Source: Octopus sinensis (Eukaryota). Taken from it: a stretch of 64,000 nucleotides of DNA. Both the position numbers and the translations under genes were made by a program. The stretch is taken from NCBI RefSeq assembly GCF_006345805.1, contig NC_042997.1, forward strand, positions 149,296,001-149,360,000, read 5' to 3'. The number at the start of each line of letters is the position of its first letter. Positions within the stretch are counted from its first letter, which is position 1. Positions 1 to 14,075 of this stretch are shown one piece after another. The notes beneath the pieces are model-generated. The model worked only from the letters and a program-made list of their open reading frames with translations. It was not told the origin of the DNA and ran no database searches.

Positions 1-951
1 ACTTCTCTTACTTCTGGAAGACCATTACTAGAAACAATCCTAGTATGCATATTCATACAACCTATGACAGGTTCAACATATAATCATATATAACATGAAG
101 CCAACGGAAAATTTAGTGTTGACAAAGTTATGTTCCACTCGCAATAACTTTATCCCAGTGCAAAGGAAACCGAAATTTAGTCATAAATCTCAGAATGGGC
201 TAAGAAGAAAATTTATCAGATGTTGTATGTTCTAGAAGTGACTTTGTAAGTTACCATAAATTGATTGCTAAGTGAATGCCTCCCTATATATTCACAAAAT
301 GTGCAATAATTTATTCATGTTAGTTAAATATTGTAATTCTATGATGTTATGTACAAGAAAAAAAAATGTAATAGCCTTTCTTTCACAGTTACCGAACTTC
401 AATTTTATTAATAGTATGAGGACAAATTTGAACAGTTAATACATGGGGAATTAGTTTCAATCAGCCTCTGTATTCACATACTTACAAGTGGAAATGAAGA
501 GAACTATTAAATATAGTATCATAGAGAAAGGAATGTATAGTATACAGAAACTCAATTTGGCCATGTAAATGGTTAATAAAACTTCTCATAACATTTGGGC
601 AAAGGAAATGTTCATAAAAATAGAAAAAAATATCGTTTAACAAAAACACTCGCGTATTATATTTCAATTTGAAATTTCATAAGCGTTTCCTGAGAAAATA
701 AACATGTATTTATATATTTCGTAATATAATACCAAACAAACAATATGCTGTCTATTCTTTTTATGTACCGTACTAAATGACCGTATACAAATTAGTACTC
801 GTTCACCTCTTACTTTATGTTTTGTGTTTGCTACGCGTTCAATGTCAAGTTTCGTATCATATGTTAATAAATATTGGATTTACAATAACAGCCTTTTTCG
901 ACCATTTTTCATATTAGTAATACACTAAGCTTTTTATCTCTGTCTCCCCTC

Positions 952-986
<35 letters not shown>

Positions 987-1110
987 CGTATGTGTGAGTG
1001 TGTGTGTGTCTGTCTATGTTTGAGTAGTTATATGTATATATATATGATATATGTATGTATATATATATATATATATTATATATATATATAATATATATAT
1101 ATATATTACT

Positions 1111-1465
1111 TGCTTCAGTCATTTGGGAGTAGCTGTGCTGGAGCACCACCTTGAAAGGTTTTAGTCTAACAGATCAAACATAGGCCGTACATTTCAAGTC
1201 TACTACTTATTCTATCGGTCTCTTTGCAGTGACGTTAAGTTAGGGGTATAGAGACACACCAGCGTCAGTTGTTACGCAGTGGTGAGGAACAAGCACAGTG
1301 ATAAATACACTTACACATAGAAATATACATATATATAAATACGACGAGCTTCTTCCCGTTTTCGCCTACCAAATCCACTGAAAAGGCTTTGGTCGGCCCG
1401 AGTCTATAGAAAAAGGCACTTGACCAAGTTACCACGCATGGGCACAGAACCAATGCGTGGCATCT
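1111..1465 (-). mobile_element. tRNA-derived SINE, family 1 (Octopus-like), degenerate copy
   Basis: Tail motif ttcagtcattt...gctggagcaccacc, body, and head remnant ccaaatccac...ggctttggtcggcccgag; homologous to the copies at 22616 and 63393. Confidence 0.8.
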
Positions 1466-2594
1466 TGTTCTAGTGCCTTCATTTATAGACTCGGGACGAC
1501 GACCAAAACCTTATCAATGCTATGTATATGAGAAGATGTGTAAGAATATTTAATTCTCATTGTCGACTCTCTTTGGATTAATGTCATGTATATATTAGCA
1601 CACATTTTACGGCATATATCCATGTAAGTCTATGTATCATATTGCAGAGTACATACTTTCAGGATTCTAAAATATATTCGTGAATTAACTCGTAATACAT
1701 GTAGCATTCGCAACATTCTCAATTAGACGTGTATTTAAGTCGAAATATATCACGGATGGACTCTGTGTTATTCTTTCCGCTGTCAGTCGATACTGCAATT
1801 ACGATGTAAGCAATATGCAGTCTAATAATAAAAATAGTTAACTATCGTTCGGACAATTTTGTCTAAAAAGGTTGTTTGTCTAGATAACCCACAGCTAATT
1901 CCTACTATATCGTAGAACATCATAATTTATGTGGTGTACCAATGGTACACTGTAAATATTAATTTAATATTAGCCTGAATGAATAGTATTACTATTTTTT
2001 GAGTTGGGTCTCTAATTTATTAAATAACTTGGTTCCTTGAACCACTGTTGCACTGCGTAAATTCATATTGTTCTGTTTATTGTATAGATCTTGCCAGGCA
2101 TTTAAAATTATATTCATATTATAGAGTACGATGAAAGCATTTATTATTTCTCGTTGCTATCGAACGTAACGGCGTCGTACATTTGTTTTTTTATAGGCGA
2201 CTTATATAGTAAATTTGATCAACTGCGGCAGAGGACATGAATATTTACGTACATTTATGTGCCCTCGTCACCCATCTAGACAAGTACACATAACTACTTT
2301 ACTTGGTATTTGCCATGTAATCTTTGCACGTTTTTTATATCACAAAAGCTATAACTTCATAACAGTGCACCTTATCCTAGTATATATTCAGCTGAGAAAT
2401 ATATCTTACTTATGTAATTATGGAGAAAAGGATGGATTGATTGGTGCATGCGTATGTACCGTATGCACATATACATAAAGGTATATATATATATATATTA
2501 TGTATGTATGTATGTATGTGTGTGTGTGTGTAGTTACACATGTAGATATATGCATACGTATATATGCATACATGTATCTATGTATATATATATA

Positions 2595-2648
<54 letters not shown>

Positions 2649-2680
2649 ATGTATATATAATATATATATATACATGTATG

Positions 2681-2715
<35 letters not shown>

Positions 2716-4560
2716 GAGAGTAAATACAATGAAATTCTACATGGTTTTTAACAGGAATGCCATGTTTCATGGCGTCACCCAAGATTCTCTGAGACCATAA
2801 TTTTATATAGTGAAAAATTAAGGACCTTTAGTAAATATATTTGGTCTACTCCACAGGAAGCACTCTAACTATATCCAGATGTAACAATAGTTATTGCAAT
2901 GAGTCTTGATCTATAAGAATTATATAATTTCTTAGAGAAGTAGTATTTGGACACATGAAAAACATGAAATATCTAACATTAGTGAAGATAGAGGAAATTA
3001 TCATATTTCTGTCACAGTTCCTCCCGTCGTCATCTGGTGTTGAATTCATAACAATGAAATATATTCAGCTTCTTAATTTTTACTAGTTGCTGATATAATA
3101 TTTCTTACGTAAATAATTTAATCAGGAAGAGACAAACAAAGAACCGGCCATTTTCTAACAGTATTAGGAAGACTATGAAATAAGAATTTAGTCTTCTTTT
3201 CGGCGATCACAATTCAGGATACATAGTAATCGGATGCAAACGTATATGTAGTGCATAATCATATATGAATCTAAGCAGAAAAATTGTCTAAAACAGAGAC
3301 CTCTGTGTAAGAAACATATAGTGTGTTTGATGATATTATATCAGTCTAAATTAATCAATCGTGTTGAATGTAGCCATAAAGTGATTGTCAAAGTAATTGC
3401 AAAATGGTCTGAGGAAAATCTAGATTATTTGCTAGTTTTCTCTCGAATCCTTCTTCATCATCATTGGCATTATCCTCCTTCTCATCAACTGAGACATCAT
3501 TAACAGGTGAGTTACATACATATATGCGGATATATCCATATATATGTACTTGTGTGTGCGTGTTTTTCTGTATCTATCTTGATAGCTCTCTCCCTCTCTC
3601 TCTTTCTCTCTCTCTCTCTATCTATGTGTGTGTGTGTGTATGTGTGTGTGTATGTGTGTGTGTGTATGTGTGTGTGTGTATGTGCGTGTGTATGTGTGTG
3701 TGTGTATGTGTGTGTGTGTGTCAAAGAAGAGACTTTAGCTTAGTTTAAATATGGTTCAACTTCTAAAGGCAGTTACACTGGAGATGACCATAAAGCAATT
3801 TGCATACAGTAAAACCTGTTAATAATACATTATCAGTTCAGTGACGCCCTCTATTGCCTCACTCATGACACATTCCTGGCTGCTTATACCGATAGAACTC
3901 AGTAGGGTGCTGCAAAACTGATAATGGTATATTTATACCTTTTACTAAAATCGAGAATTTTTTCTCTGTTGTAAACTGCAATGAATATCTTTAGAGGTTG
4001 AATATGAAAATAACATATTTGAACTAAGGTAAAGCGCGCTTTTCGCCCATCAGTGCTTCGTATTTCTGCTATTGTATTTCAGATCGAGCGGTATACTTGC
4101 TCATATCAATCTATATACCAAACAATTCATTGTAAGGCTACGGCTTTCCGTCAGCTCAGGGTTACTTTTGTTAGTTATCCTCTACTAAGAGTCATGTACC
4201 GAACCAGAAAGGCATCTGGGGCTCCAACAGAGTGCGTTACAGGTCTGCTAATAGTGTATTTACACATTTCACCATAAACGATAATACTGCCACCTCAGTA
4301 AACTACAGTGAAATTGTCTTAAACACTGTATTAAAACAGAAGCACGTAGTTTGTGTTCAGTATACGGAGATTGATTGAAGGCACAAGGTGTGCTATAAAA
4401 AGCTGTCCAACCACGTGAAATAATGACAAGAAACTATCTGTAGATCGTATTTTAATACAGTGTATGTTAAATATTTATCTCTCGCTCAATGGAGTATTTA
4501 TATATGTATATATGAATGTATGAGTTTGTACGTATGCATTTGTGTATGTATGTGTATATA

Positions 4561-4618
<58 letters not shown>

Positions 4619-5671
4619 CATATATATATATTTATATATGTGTGTGTGTATGTGTGTGTATCTGTATATATATAATATATATGTGTGTGTGTGTGTAAAT
4701 ATATATATATATATATTTGTTTATGCGTTTATGAGTGTATATATATATATATATATATATATACTCACATACATAAGACACGTACACACACACATACACA
4801 CATATATAATTGAAGCTACGTACGTATATCATTCGAACGTTATCGAATTGCAGGCATATGACCATTTGTTGTCTACTATAATTTATTCATTATGAATATT
4901 TCTGACAGCTATTGATGACGCTTATATTTATTGATAATAACTTATAAATACTTACTTAGCACACAAGAGACTTCCTGTCAATTTTTGTAACAAAACAAAT
5001 CTTAACTCTAAATCGATGAGATTAATGCAGATTTGTAAACTTGAAGCAAACTAACGAAAATAACTTATACCCATAAGAACATTTGGATCACTTATTGCTT
5101 AACAGACTTTATATTGCATTTCGATTTGGTTGGCTATGTAACTATATATCTTATGGGGACAATATTACATTTCAAAATATATTTTCAATTAATTATTATA
5201 GAAAATTATTGTAGTCAGGTATATTGAGATTAAACGTCGCATTGAGTTACGAGATTCAAAAATTATTGATAGAAATTTACGTTCAGCGTTTATGAGAACT
5301 AAGAGTTAGATATATCAGTCAAATTCCACTCGTATTTCCAAGTACTGTTGTGAATAACGAAGAATATTTTATTAATCATATACAGACACACACAGAGAAA
5401 TATATAAGTATATGTAGTTAGATAACTAGAAATGTGTGCACATATGTGTTTGTTGGTGTGTGTGTGTGTGTGTTCGTCTGCGTGTATGTTCGTGCATGTG
5501 CGTTTGTATGTCGGTTTGAATTTGCTTAATGAACTTCGTAGAACGAAAGAAATGATGAATGACCTTAATATTCGATATTCATTGGGGGTACCAGTAAAAG
5601 TTTCTACATCATTACACATACACAATCTGTTGGTTTCAGATACTCAGAGCTACTAATATGCTTATAGTATT

Positions 5672-5945
5672 CTTTTATTCCTTTACTTGTTTCGATCATT
5701 TGACTGCGACCATGCTGGAGAGCCGCCTTGAAAGGCTTTTTAGCCGAAGATATCAACCCCAGAACTTATTCTTTATAAACATAGCAATTATTCTCTCGGG
5801 TTGCTTTGCCAAACCGCTAGTATTACGGGGACATCGGTTGTCAAGCAATAGTGGGAGTGGGGTGACAAACATAGACACAAAGACAAAAATATATATATAT
5901 ACATATATACTCGACAGGCTTCTTTCAGTTCCCGTCAACCATATC
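5672..5945 (-). mobile_element. SINE family 1, 3' two-thirds
   Basis: tcatttgactgcgaccatgctggagagccgcc...aaaccgctagtattacggggac...cgacaggcttctttcagtt. Confidence 0.85.
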
Positions 5946-6894
5946 CAAGCAGTACTTTGATAGCAAGTTGCCCCTCAACTGTACAGAATGACTACACAGT
6001 ATCAGGGTACGATACATCCATAAACGAAAATAGCAAACCTACTAACACATCAAATCTAACCCTAAGTATATGTGTATAGGGGTATGCATATACATACATA
6101 CGTGTGCGTTTGTGTGTGTATATATGTACGTGTTGTTTATATGTGTGCGTGAGTATGTATTTTTGTCGTGAAATCCAGATTTCACTTCGGTAATTTCAAT
6201 ATGTGGATATAGTGTAAAATAAAATATAATCCAAAAAAGACGACGAAGAGAAAGTAATGACCAGTTACAATTGTTCCTTTACAAACTCTGTTTTAATGCC
6301 AATGTAGTTTTTAACACCATTACCTAATTTAATTATATTTTCAATTTTAAATCCGTGTTCATACAGTTTTCAAAATCGTATGTTAATTATCTATTTTAAA
6401 TATCTCTTCTGTTTTCTCCTTATCTCTTTAATTAGTCATTTCCTTTTTTACTTCTTCGCACCCTTCACTACAAATGCTATATCTTTTCTGCATTAGCGTG
6501 TTGGGATCAAAGGTCTCTAATAAATTTTCTGGTTTTCTCAAGTGCCATTTTCCCACTACACCACATATTGCGATTAATTGCACGTATCCCGTTTCCTTAT
6601 TTACTTCGTCAACAGCAAACACCAGCACCAGAACCCACAGTAGCAGTAGCAGCAGCAGCACTACCACCATCACAACATTAACCACAATCTCGCAGACACC
6701 CACCAGCAGCAGCAACTACGCTAATACCATAGGCCATTACTAAGCAGCTGTCAATTCGTTCTTTGTACATTTCTCAACCCATCTCTAGCATCATTACTTC
6801 AATATGGATCTTTAATATGGATCCCAATCATATCATCTTGTATTTGTCGGGTTTGCTGTGATGCTTTCGGTGTCGATAACATAAGCACCAGTTA

Positions 6895-7425
6895 AGCATT
6901 GGAGTCGATGAAATTCGCTCTCCAGTACCTTGCCTGTGTCTACAGAATTTATCTCGCCAAGTCGATATAAACTCTACAGGCATAGAAGCGCAGTCAGTGG
7001 GGTTTGTCTAAGATTTGTGTAGAGCGACGAAACGGTTCTGCATGCGCACATGCAGTGTCCAAATATTACTGAATTGTGGAGTTATGTCGAGCAGATGATA
7101 TCACGAGTGGGATGAATCCGACTATCACCTGAAAGAGGACTGCCTTATCATCCACCTTTAGCACCTCTAACACCCATCATGAAGCAGGGCAGGTGGTTTT
7201 CTTCTGTGTAGTGGCTATGGCAAAAGAGGTTGTGTGGTGGACGAGGCTGAAAGAATTGTGAAAAATTATTTCTTGGTTAAGCTTACATCGTCCTTTCTTA
7301 AGTTCCGCTTGAAAGAGGAAAAATGTGAGTGGAGATGGAGGTGCTACCTCCTGGTCAATTTGTGAAAAAATGAGTGACTGTGGAAAAAATGCTTCAGTGT
7401 GAATGGCTCTACTTCAAGTATGCAG
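6895..7425 (+). pseudogene. Tx1/L1-clade LINE ORF2 C-terminal remnant (zinc-knuckle region)
   Basis: Manual translation gives LYRHRSAVS..C..(C)*SDETVLHAHMQCPNITELWSYVEQMISRVG and QVVFFCVVAMAKEVVWWTRLK, typical of the L1/Tx1 CCHC tail; stops and frameshifts present. Confidence 0.65.
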
Positions 7426-7444
7426 GCGCCAGTAGATCGGACAA

Positions 7445-7610
7445 CATCTGTTGGTATGTTTACGTCCTCTTTACTTAGCGGTTCGACAAATGAAAACCAG
7501 TAGAATGAATACCAGGTTGAAGAAATAAGTATTGGGGTTGATTCATTTGACTAAATATTCTTAAAGGTGGTGCCCCAAGAGTCTAGTGAGTGAAATGATT
7601 GAAAGATAAA
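7445..7610 (+). mobile_element. SINE family 1, degenerate 3' half
   Basis: ggtatgtttacgtcc...cttagcggttcgacaaa...aaaggtggtgcccc matches the reverse complement of the other copies. Confidence 0.7.
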
Positions 7611-7846
7611 TGATATGTTTGTGTATGTGAGTGTGTGTATGTGTGTATTATTTATATATCAAGAAAAAGATCAAAGTCCTCTCCGAGCGATAGGCTTATA
7701 AGACTGATTTGGAAATCACAATATTACAATCATGAGCCCGACACCAAGGTCAAGCTTTTATATACCCACAGACATACGGGGGGGGGGCACACGCACGCAC
7801 ACAGACACGCTCACACACACACAAATAGACACAAACACTCACACAC

Positions 7847-7878
<32 letters not shown>

Positions 7879-8130
7879 ATATAAATTAAGGGTAGAAATT
7901 GATATTAGTCAATTAAAACCAGTGGTCTAGCACATTAAAAAGAATCCGAAGATTAAAATATTTTATATACCAATTAAGGACTGAACACGAAAAGGTGGAC
8001 AGTCAACATGCTAGATATAGACGTCAAATCGCCATTCTCCACAAGGATTATGTTCTCAAATAAAAATAAAATTCAGCACGACCTAAAGCAATGGATGAGA
8101 CAAAAGAAAAATACTAAGTGGAATAATTAC

Positions 8131-8190
8131 CTACGTACTGCAGTTTCAGCTATTAATATCACAAGGATATCTGTAGCTTCATCAGCGTAG
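8131..8190 (-). ncRNA. Type I hammerhead ribozyme (array A, inverted copy)
   Basis: Reverse complement reads CTACG-CTGATGA-AGCTA..TAGCT-GAAA-CTGCA-GTA-CGTAG. Confidence 0.9.
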
Positions 8191-8689
8191 TTTGTTATGA
8201 GCATAATATGCTATACTAGATGAAAACGGTACCGGAGTCCCGCATGCAAAAAGTACAACCTATTACGTTCGGATGTATCCTTCGAATGCCTCTACTTTTG
8301 GCGCGCTGATAATCGAAAAACTAGCCTGCAGCCAATAATTAGCAGCAGTCAATTTATCGGTTTGAGAACATATATTTCATATTTAAAAATTAAGGGTAGA
8401 AATTGATATTAGTCAATTAAAACCAGTGGTCTAGCACATTAAAAAGAATCCGAAGATTAAAATATTTTATATACCAATTAAGGACTGAACACGAAAAGGT
8501 GGACAGTCAACATGCTAGATATAGACGTCAAATCGCCATTCTCCACAAGGATTATGTTCCCAAGGATTATCAGCGCGCCAAAAGTAGAGGCATTCGAAGG
8601 ATACATCCGAACGTAATAGGTTGTACTTTTTGCATGCGGGACTCCGGTACCGTTTTTCATCTAGTATAGCATATTATGCTCATAACAAA

Positions 8690-8749
8690 CTACGCTGATG
8701 AAGCTACAGATATCCTTGTGATATTAATAGCTGAAACTGCAGTACGTAG
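8690..8749 (+). ncRNA. Type I hammerhead ribozyme (array A copy 1); predicted cleavage 8744/8745
   Basis: Stem I CTACG/CGTAG, core CTGATGA (8695-8701), stem II AGCTA/TAGCT enclosing gatatc-cttgt-gatatt, GAAA (8733-8736), palindromic helix III ACTGCAGT, GUA triplet. Confidence 0.92.
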
Positions 8750-9190
8750 GTAATTATTCACTTAGTATTTTTCTTTTGTCTCATCCATTGCTTTAGGTCG
8801 TGCTGAATTTATATTTTATTTGAGAAATAATCCTTGTGGAGAATGGCGATTTGACGTCTATATCTAGCATGTTGACTGTCCACCTTTTCGTGTTCAGTTC
8901 TTAATTTGTATAAAAAATTTTTAATTTTCGGATTCTTTTTAATGTGCTAGACAACTGGTTTTAATTGACTAATATCAATTTCTACCCTTATTTTTAAATA
9001 TGAAATATATGTTCTCAAACCGATAAATTGACTGCTGCTAATTATTGGCTGCAGGCTAGTTTTCGATTATCAGCGCGCCAAAAGTAGAGGCATTCGAAGG
9101 ATACATCCGAACGTAAAAGGTTGTGTACTTTTTGCATGCGGGACTCCGGTACCGTTTTTTATCTAGTATAGCATATTATGCTCATAACAA

Positions 9191-9249
9191 CTACGCTGAT
9201 GAAGCTACAGATTCCTTGTGATATTAATAGCTGAAACTGCAGTACGTAG
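9191..9249 (+). ncRNA. Type I hammerhead ribozyme (array A copy 2); predicted cleavage 9244/9245
   Basis: Same core and stems as copy 1; 1-nt deletion in the stem II loop. Confidence 0.9.
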
Positions 9250-9692
9250 GTAATTATTCACTTAGTATTTTTCTTTTGTCTCATCCATTGCTTTAGGTCG
9301 TGCTGAATTTTATTTTTTATTTGAAACATAATCCTTGTGGAGAATGGCGATTTGACGTCTATATCTAGCATGTTGACTGTCCACCTTTTCGTGTTCAGTT
9401 CTTAATTTGTATATAAAATATTTTAATTTTCGGATTCTTTTTAATGTGCTAGACCACTGGTTTTAATTGACTAATATCAATTTCTACCCTTAATTTTTAA
9501 ATATGAAATATTGTTCTCAAACCGATAAATTGACTGCTGCTAATTATTGGCTGCAGGCTATTTTCGATTATCACAGCGCGCCAAAAGTAGAGGCATTCGA
9601 AGGATACATCCGAACGTAATAGGTTGTACTTTTTGCATGCGGGAATCCGGTACCGTTTTTCATCTAGTATAGCGTATTATGCTCATAACAAA

Positions 9693-9752
9693 CTACGCTG
9701 ATGAAGCTACAGATATCCTTGTGATATTAATAGCTGAAACTGCAGTACGTAG
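9693..9752 (+). ncRNA. Type I hammerhead ribozyme (array A copy 3); predicted cleavage 9747/9748
   Basis: Identical to copy 1. Confidence 0.92.
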
Positions 9753-10197
9753 GTAATTATTACACTTAGTATTTTTCTTTTGTCTCATCCATTGCTTTAG
9801 GTCGTGCTGAATTTTATTTTTATTTGAGAACATAATCCTTGTGGAGAATGGCGATTTGACGTCTATATCTAGCATGTTGACTGTCCACCTTTTCGTGTTC
9901 AGTCCTTAATTGGTATATAAAATATTTTAATCTTCGGATTCTTTTTAATGTGCTAGACCACTGGTTTTAATTGACTAATATCAATTTCTACCCTTAATTT
10001 TTAAATATGTAATATATGTTCTCAAACCGATAAATTGACTGCTGCTAATTATTGGCTGCAGGCTAGTTTTTCGATTATCAGCGCGCCAAAAGTAGAGGCA
10101 TTCGAAGGATACATCCGAACGTAATAGGTTGTACTTTTTGCATGCGGGACTCCGGTACCGTTTTTCATCTAGTATAGCATATTATGCTCATAACAAA

Positions 10198-10257
10198 CTA
10201 CGCTGATGAAGCTACAGATATCCTTGTGATATTAATAGCTGAAACTGCAGTACGTAG
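10198..10257 (+). ncRNA. Type I hammerhead ribozyme (array A copy 4); predicted cleavage 10252/10253
   Basis: Identical to copy 1. Confidence 0.92.
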
Positions 10258-10416
10258 GTAATTATTCCACTTAGTATTTTTCTTTTGTCTCATCCATTGC
10301 TTTAGGTCGTGCTGAATTTTATTTTTATTTGAGAACATAATCCTTGTGGAGAATGGCGATTTGACGTTTATATCTAGCATGTTGACTGTCCACCTTTTCG
10401 TGTTCAGTCCTTAATT

Positions 10417-10484
<68 letters not shown>

Positions 10485-11011
10485 ACATATGTATATATGC
10501 ATGTACATACATACATGTATGTATGATACATGTATATAGATATATATGTATGTATATAAATCATCATATATATATATATGATGATCATATATATATGTAA
10601 TTATGTATGTACGCAAGTAGATAAAAGTGTGAGTGTGTGTGTATGTATATATATGTGTGTGTGTGGAGAGACAGAGATAGAAGGAATTATGTATACATGT
10701 ATAGCTAAAGGTTGAGTGAGTGACTGAGAGAATGGTAGGCAGATCGGTTTGGTCGATAGTTTTCCTGCATAAGCTGTTAAATTATATCCGAAACTCAATA
10801 AGTGTGATTATGAGTTTGTAAATCTAATCTCTAAAGCTATGTGACTTGTCCACAAATTTAAAGAGATATATCATTTCAATTTAAAGTATTTTTAAAGAAT
10901 AAATATTTCCCTTCCTAAATCATCTTTCTTAGAACTCAGTTGCATTTAGACACTTTGTACGTGAAAAAGTTCTACTTGAAATTGAGAGCTTCTCTAACGA
11001 TTTATTTATTT

Positions 11012-11042
<31 letters not shown>

Positions 11043-12676
11043 CTTATTTTGTCTGCTTCATACCCATGAATCTTAGGACTGCCAATTTACGAAACATTGT
11101 TTACTTGTACAATGTGTTCGCAGTTCATATTTGTGTTTACACAAACCATGTAAAGTTAAATGCTTACCGTGAAGTCCTATGAAATTATTGATCACAGAGC
11201 CCTTTGCTCAAAGAAATTTCTAACCATGATTTTATATTAGTTTATGGATACGTACACCAGACCAATCTTGCTTTGGTCTTGTTTTTGTTTTTCTATATCA
11301 TTACTGTAAAACATTGGCTTTCTTCTACGATAAACGGCTGCTTTAAGATATACCAATATTACTTAGCTTCAAGTGTATCGTAGTAAGTGCTACATAGTTT
11401 CGAATCACTACGGCAACATGAGCTTTTGTATTTAGATATACATATATAAATATACTAGCAGCATCGACACTTTAGAATTGGAATTTCTGAAAAGTAAAAA
11501 TTTTGCATTATGTAATGAAATACACCGAAAAATGGCGACACAGCAGTAAAAAAATCGTAAAAAGTAGGGATTTTCATAGAAAAGAAAAACACTTTTTTTA
11601 TGGATATAATTTTTGGTGTTAAGATGGTACAATTTGAAATTTCTTTCTACGGAAAGAAGAGCAAGCTTTCTTCTATCATACTCTCAATTTTGGTTAAATT
11701 GCGCCGCAGGGTCTCGGAGGAGATAGTGTTAGTTGAAGGCTACCAAACCTGCCATACACAGACAACTTCAGCTTTATATATATATATATATATACATATA
11801 CACACACACGCACACGCACACCCGCCCGAAGGGTTATACGTACTTAAATGAAGGTGTTCACGTATATTTAGAACAAGCGTATATTTGTATACAAACGAAT
11901 ACTTGCCTTTATTGGCAAGTACCGGTAAGCAAAACTAAATCGTACATTTTACACGCAGCAGTTAATTACTCATACGCATCACACTGCTATTTTAGGCAGG
12001 AGATTACGACGCTGCCAAGCAAAAACAAACTTCTTATGAAAAGGCGACATTAGGACGGCAGAATAACTCTTACTTCGAAAAGCTTTTCCTAATTAGTGTC
12101 TTTCGCTTATTATCAAAATGAAACGACAACGTTCTTAAAATTCTTTGGTCATAGAAGCAATGAATTATGGTTAATTTTTCGTGTCGCTCAATAGACAAAA
12201 CTACTACACAATATGGCGTCAGTGAAAAACAAAATATATTTAGCAGTGCAGAAAAAAAAATAGCATTACATGAGATGGGGAATCATACACAATAGTGAAT
12301 GTTTATATTGCTGTTCTTATGTTTTAAATAGGACAAGGAACATTATATATTTGTTTTATACATTTTATATTTCTTTTGCAATGCTTGTTATTTTCTGAGG
12401 AAAATCACGTGGCAGAGAAGATTCAAATTACAACAGAGATACAAGACATTATGAATATACGATCACATATGCATAAACATTCAAGGAAAAACAATGAATT
12501 ATCACTTACGCATACACATCTATAACTACAAATAACTTCCAAAAGAATGCACATGTTAAAAATAAAACAATGGAATGTGGTGCATTATATTTTCTTTCCA
12601 ATCAGAGATTTTAAAATCCTAAAAGCTGAAAACTTGTTTTCTTATAATCATAAAGTGTATATGTAAGCATGTATGC

Positions 12677-12724
<48 letters not shown>

Positions 12725-13297
12725 GCGTATATACGATTATGGGTATGTTCATAATGCATACGTTTGGACACACACACATACAAACGCATACGCAAGCACA
12801 CGTATAAAAAATATATATTTATATATGCATGTAGATAGACAGAGATAGATACCCGCACAGGCGTGCGTGTACTAACGAGAAAGTTCGAATATGTTATAAA
12901 GAGAAAGAGAATAAAATGTTAAGAAAAATGATGGTACATAAAAGTTAAAAGTATAGCGTTTTCAAGAAATACATCTAACAGTGAAATAATATCAAGTCAC
13001 ATTCTGTGCTCGGAGAACAGTACAAGTAAATATGCAATTTCGTAATACACTGCAGATTTGCTTATTCTCATGAATGCACGTAGAGTCAATAATTGTACAC
13101 ACACACGAACACACGAACACACGCACACACACATGAAAACGCGAGCGCATCGCATGTGCACGCATACCCACGCGCAAACACACACACGTACGACTGAACG
13201 TAGGTATGTATATACAAACAAAAATATATATACATATATATTTAATCTATCTAACTATCTATCTATCTATCTATATATATATCCATCTATTTGTCTA

Positions 13298-13369
<72 letters not shown>

Positions 13370-13371
13370 TC

Positions 13372-13575
13372 TTTTATTTGCTTCATTCATTTGACAGCGA
13401 CCATACTAGAGCACCGCCTTTAGTCGAGCAAATCCAATCCAAGTCTTACTTGTTGTAAGCTTAGTCATTATTCTATCCGTTCTTTTTTCGGAACCGCTTA
13501 GTTACGGGGACATAAAAACACCAGCATCTGTTGTCAAGTGATAGTGGGGAGGGGGACAAACGAAGACATACAAAT
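13372..13575 (-). mobile_element. SINE family 1, 3' half (probably the same copy as 16259-16384, split by array B)
   Basis: ttcattcatttgacagcgaccatactagagcaccgcctttagtcg...gaaccgcttagttacggggac...ggggacaaac, followed by the microsatellite that lies inside this SINE family. Confidence 0.85.
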
Positions 13576-13668
13576 ATATACATAGGCATACATATATATA
13601 TATATATAAATATGATATATATATATAATATATATATATAATATATATATAATATATATATATGTATA

Positions 13669-13717
<49 letters not shown>

Positions 13718-13973
13718 CACCTGCCTTCGTCTTTTGTCTACTTTCATAAAGCTTCACGTTATATATATATATATATATATAAGTAATACTAAGCAATAAA
13801 GGGTTTAGCAACGAATTGCCTTACCACATACCGAATTTAGAAATAGCAGTCAAAGAGTTATAGCTATTTCTTCTACTAAAAAGGGAGATCTCAGTAAAAA
13901 CAGCAATTGGAAGGCAGACACAAACAGGTAAGAGAGAATGAATTGACGGCAATCTATCATACATTTTAAGTAT

Positions 13974-14075
13974 CTACGGACGTACGTTTCGAAATCAAGT
14001 TTTTAGGAAAGCATAAGAATTAAATATTAAATATTAAATAATTCTATCTTACCGAAACTTTTCTCTTCAGCGTAG
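13974..14075 (-). ncRNA. Type I hammerhead ribozyme (array B, leftmost copy); predicted cleavage 13979/13978
   Basis: Minus strand CTACG-CTGAAGA-gaaaagttt...aaacttgatttc-GAAA-CGTAC-GTC-CGTAG; 3-nt deletion in stem II relative to the other copies. Confidence 0.87.

Larger units (their letters stand above)
7883..10424 (+). mobile_element. Retrozyme-like array A: ~503-bp hammerhead-containing monomer; 1.3 inverted copies (7883-8559) joined head-to-head to 3.7 direct copies (8565-10424), between (TA)n tracts
   Basis: Unit period 500-505 bp (for example taagggtaga at 7887 and 8391); orientation switches at ~8560; one type I hammerhead per unit; (TA)n on both sides. Confidence 0.88.

Noticed and set aside
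3435-3506. Possible exon ending in a strong donor (ACAG|GTGAGT), encoding FLSNPSSSSLALSSFSSTETSLT
   Set aside because: Low-complexity peptide, weak acceptor and no partner exons identifiable; cannot be supported without RNA-seq
6600-6745. Ser/Thr/Gln-rich ORF
   Set aside because: Degenerate (AGC/ACC)n low-complexity tract
8008-8190. Repeated 60-aa ORF MLDIDVKSPF... in array A
   Set aside because: Short, antisense to the ribozyme strand, no recognisable domain; it recurs only because the unit is repeated
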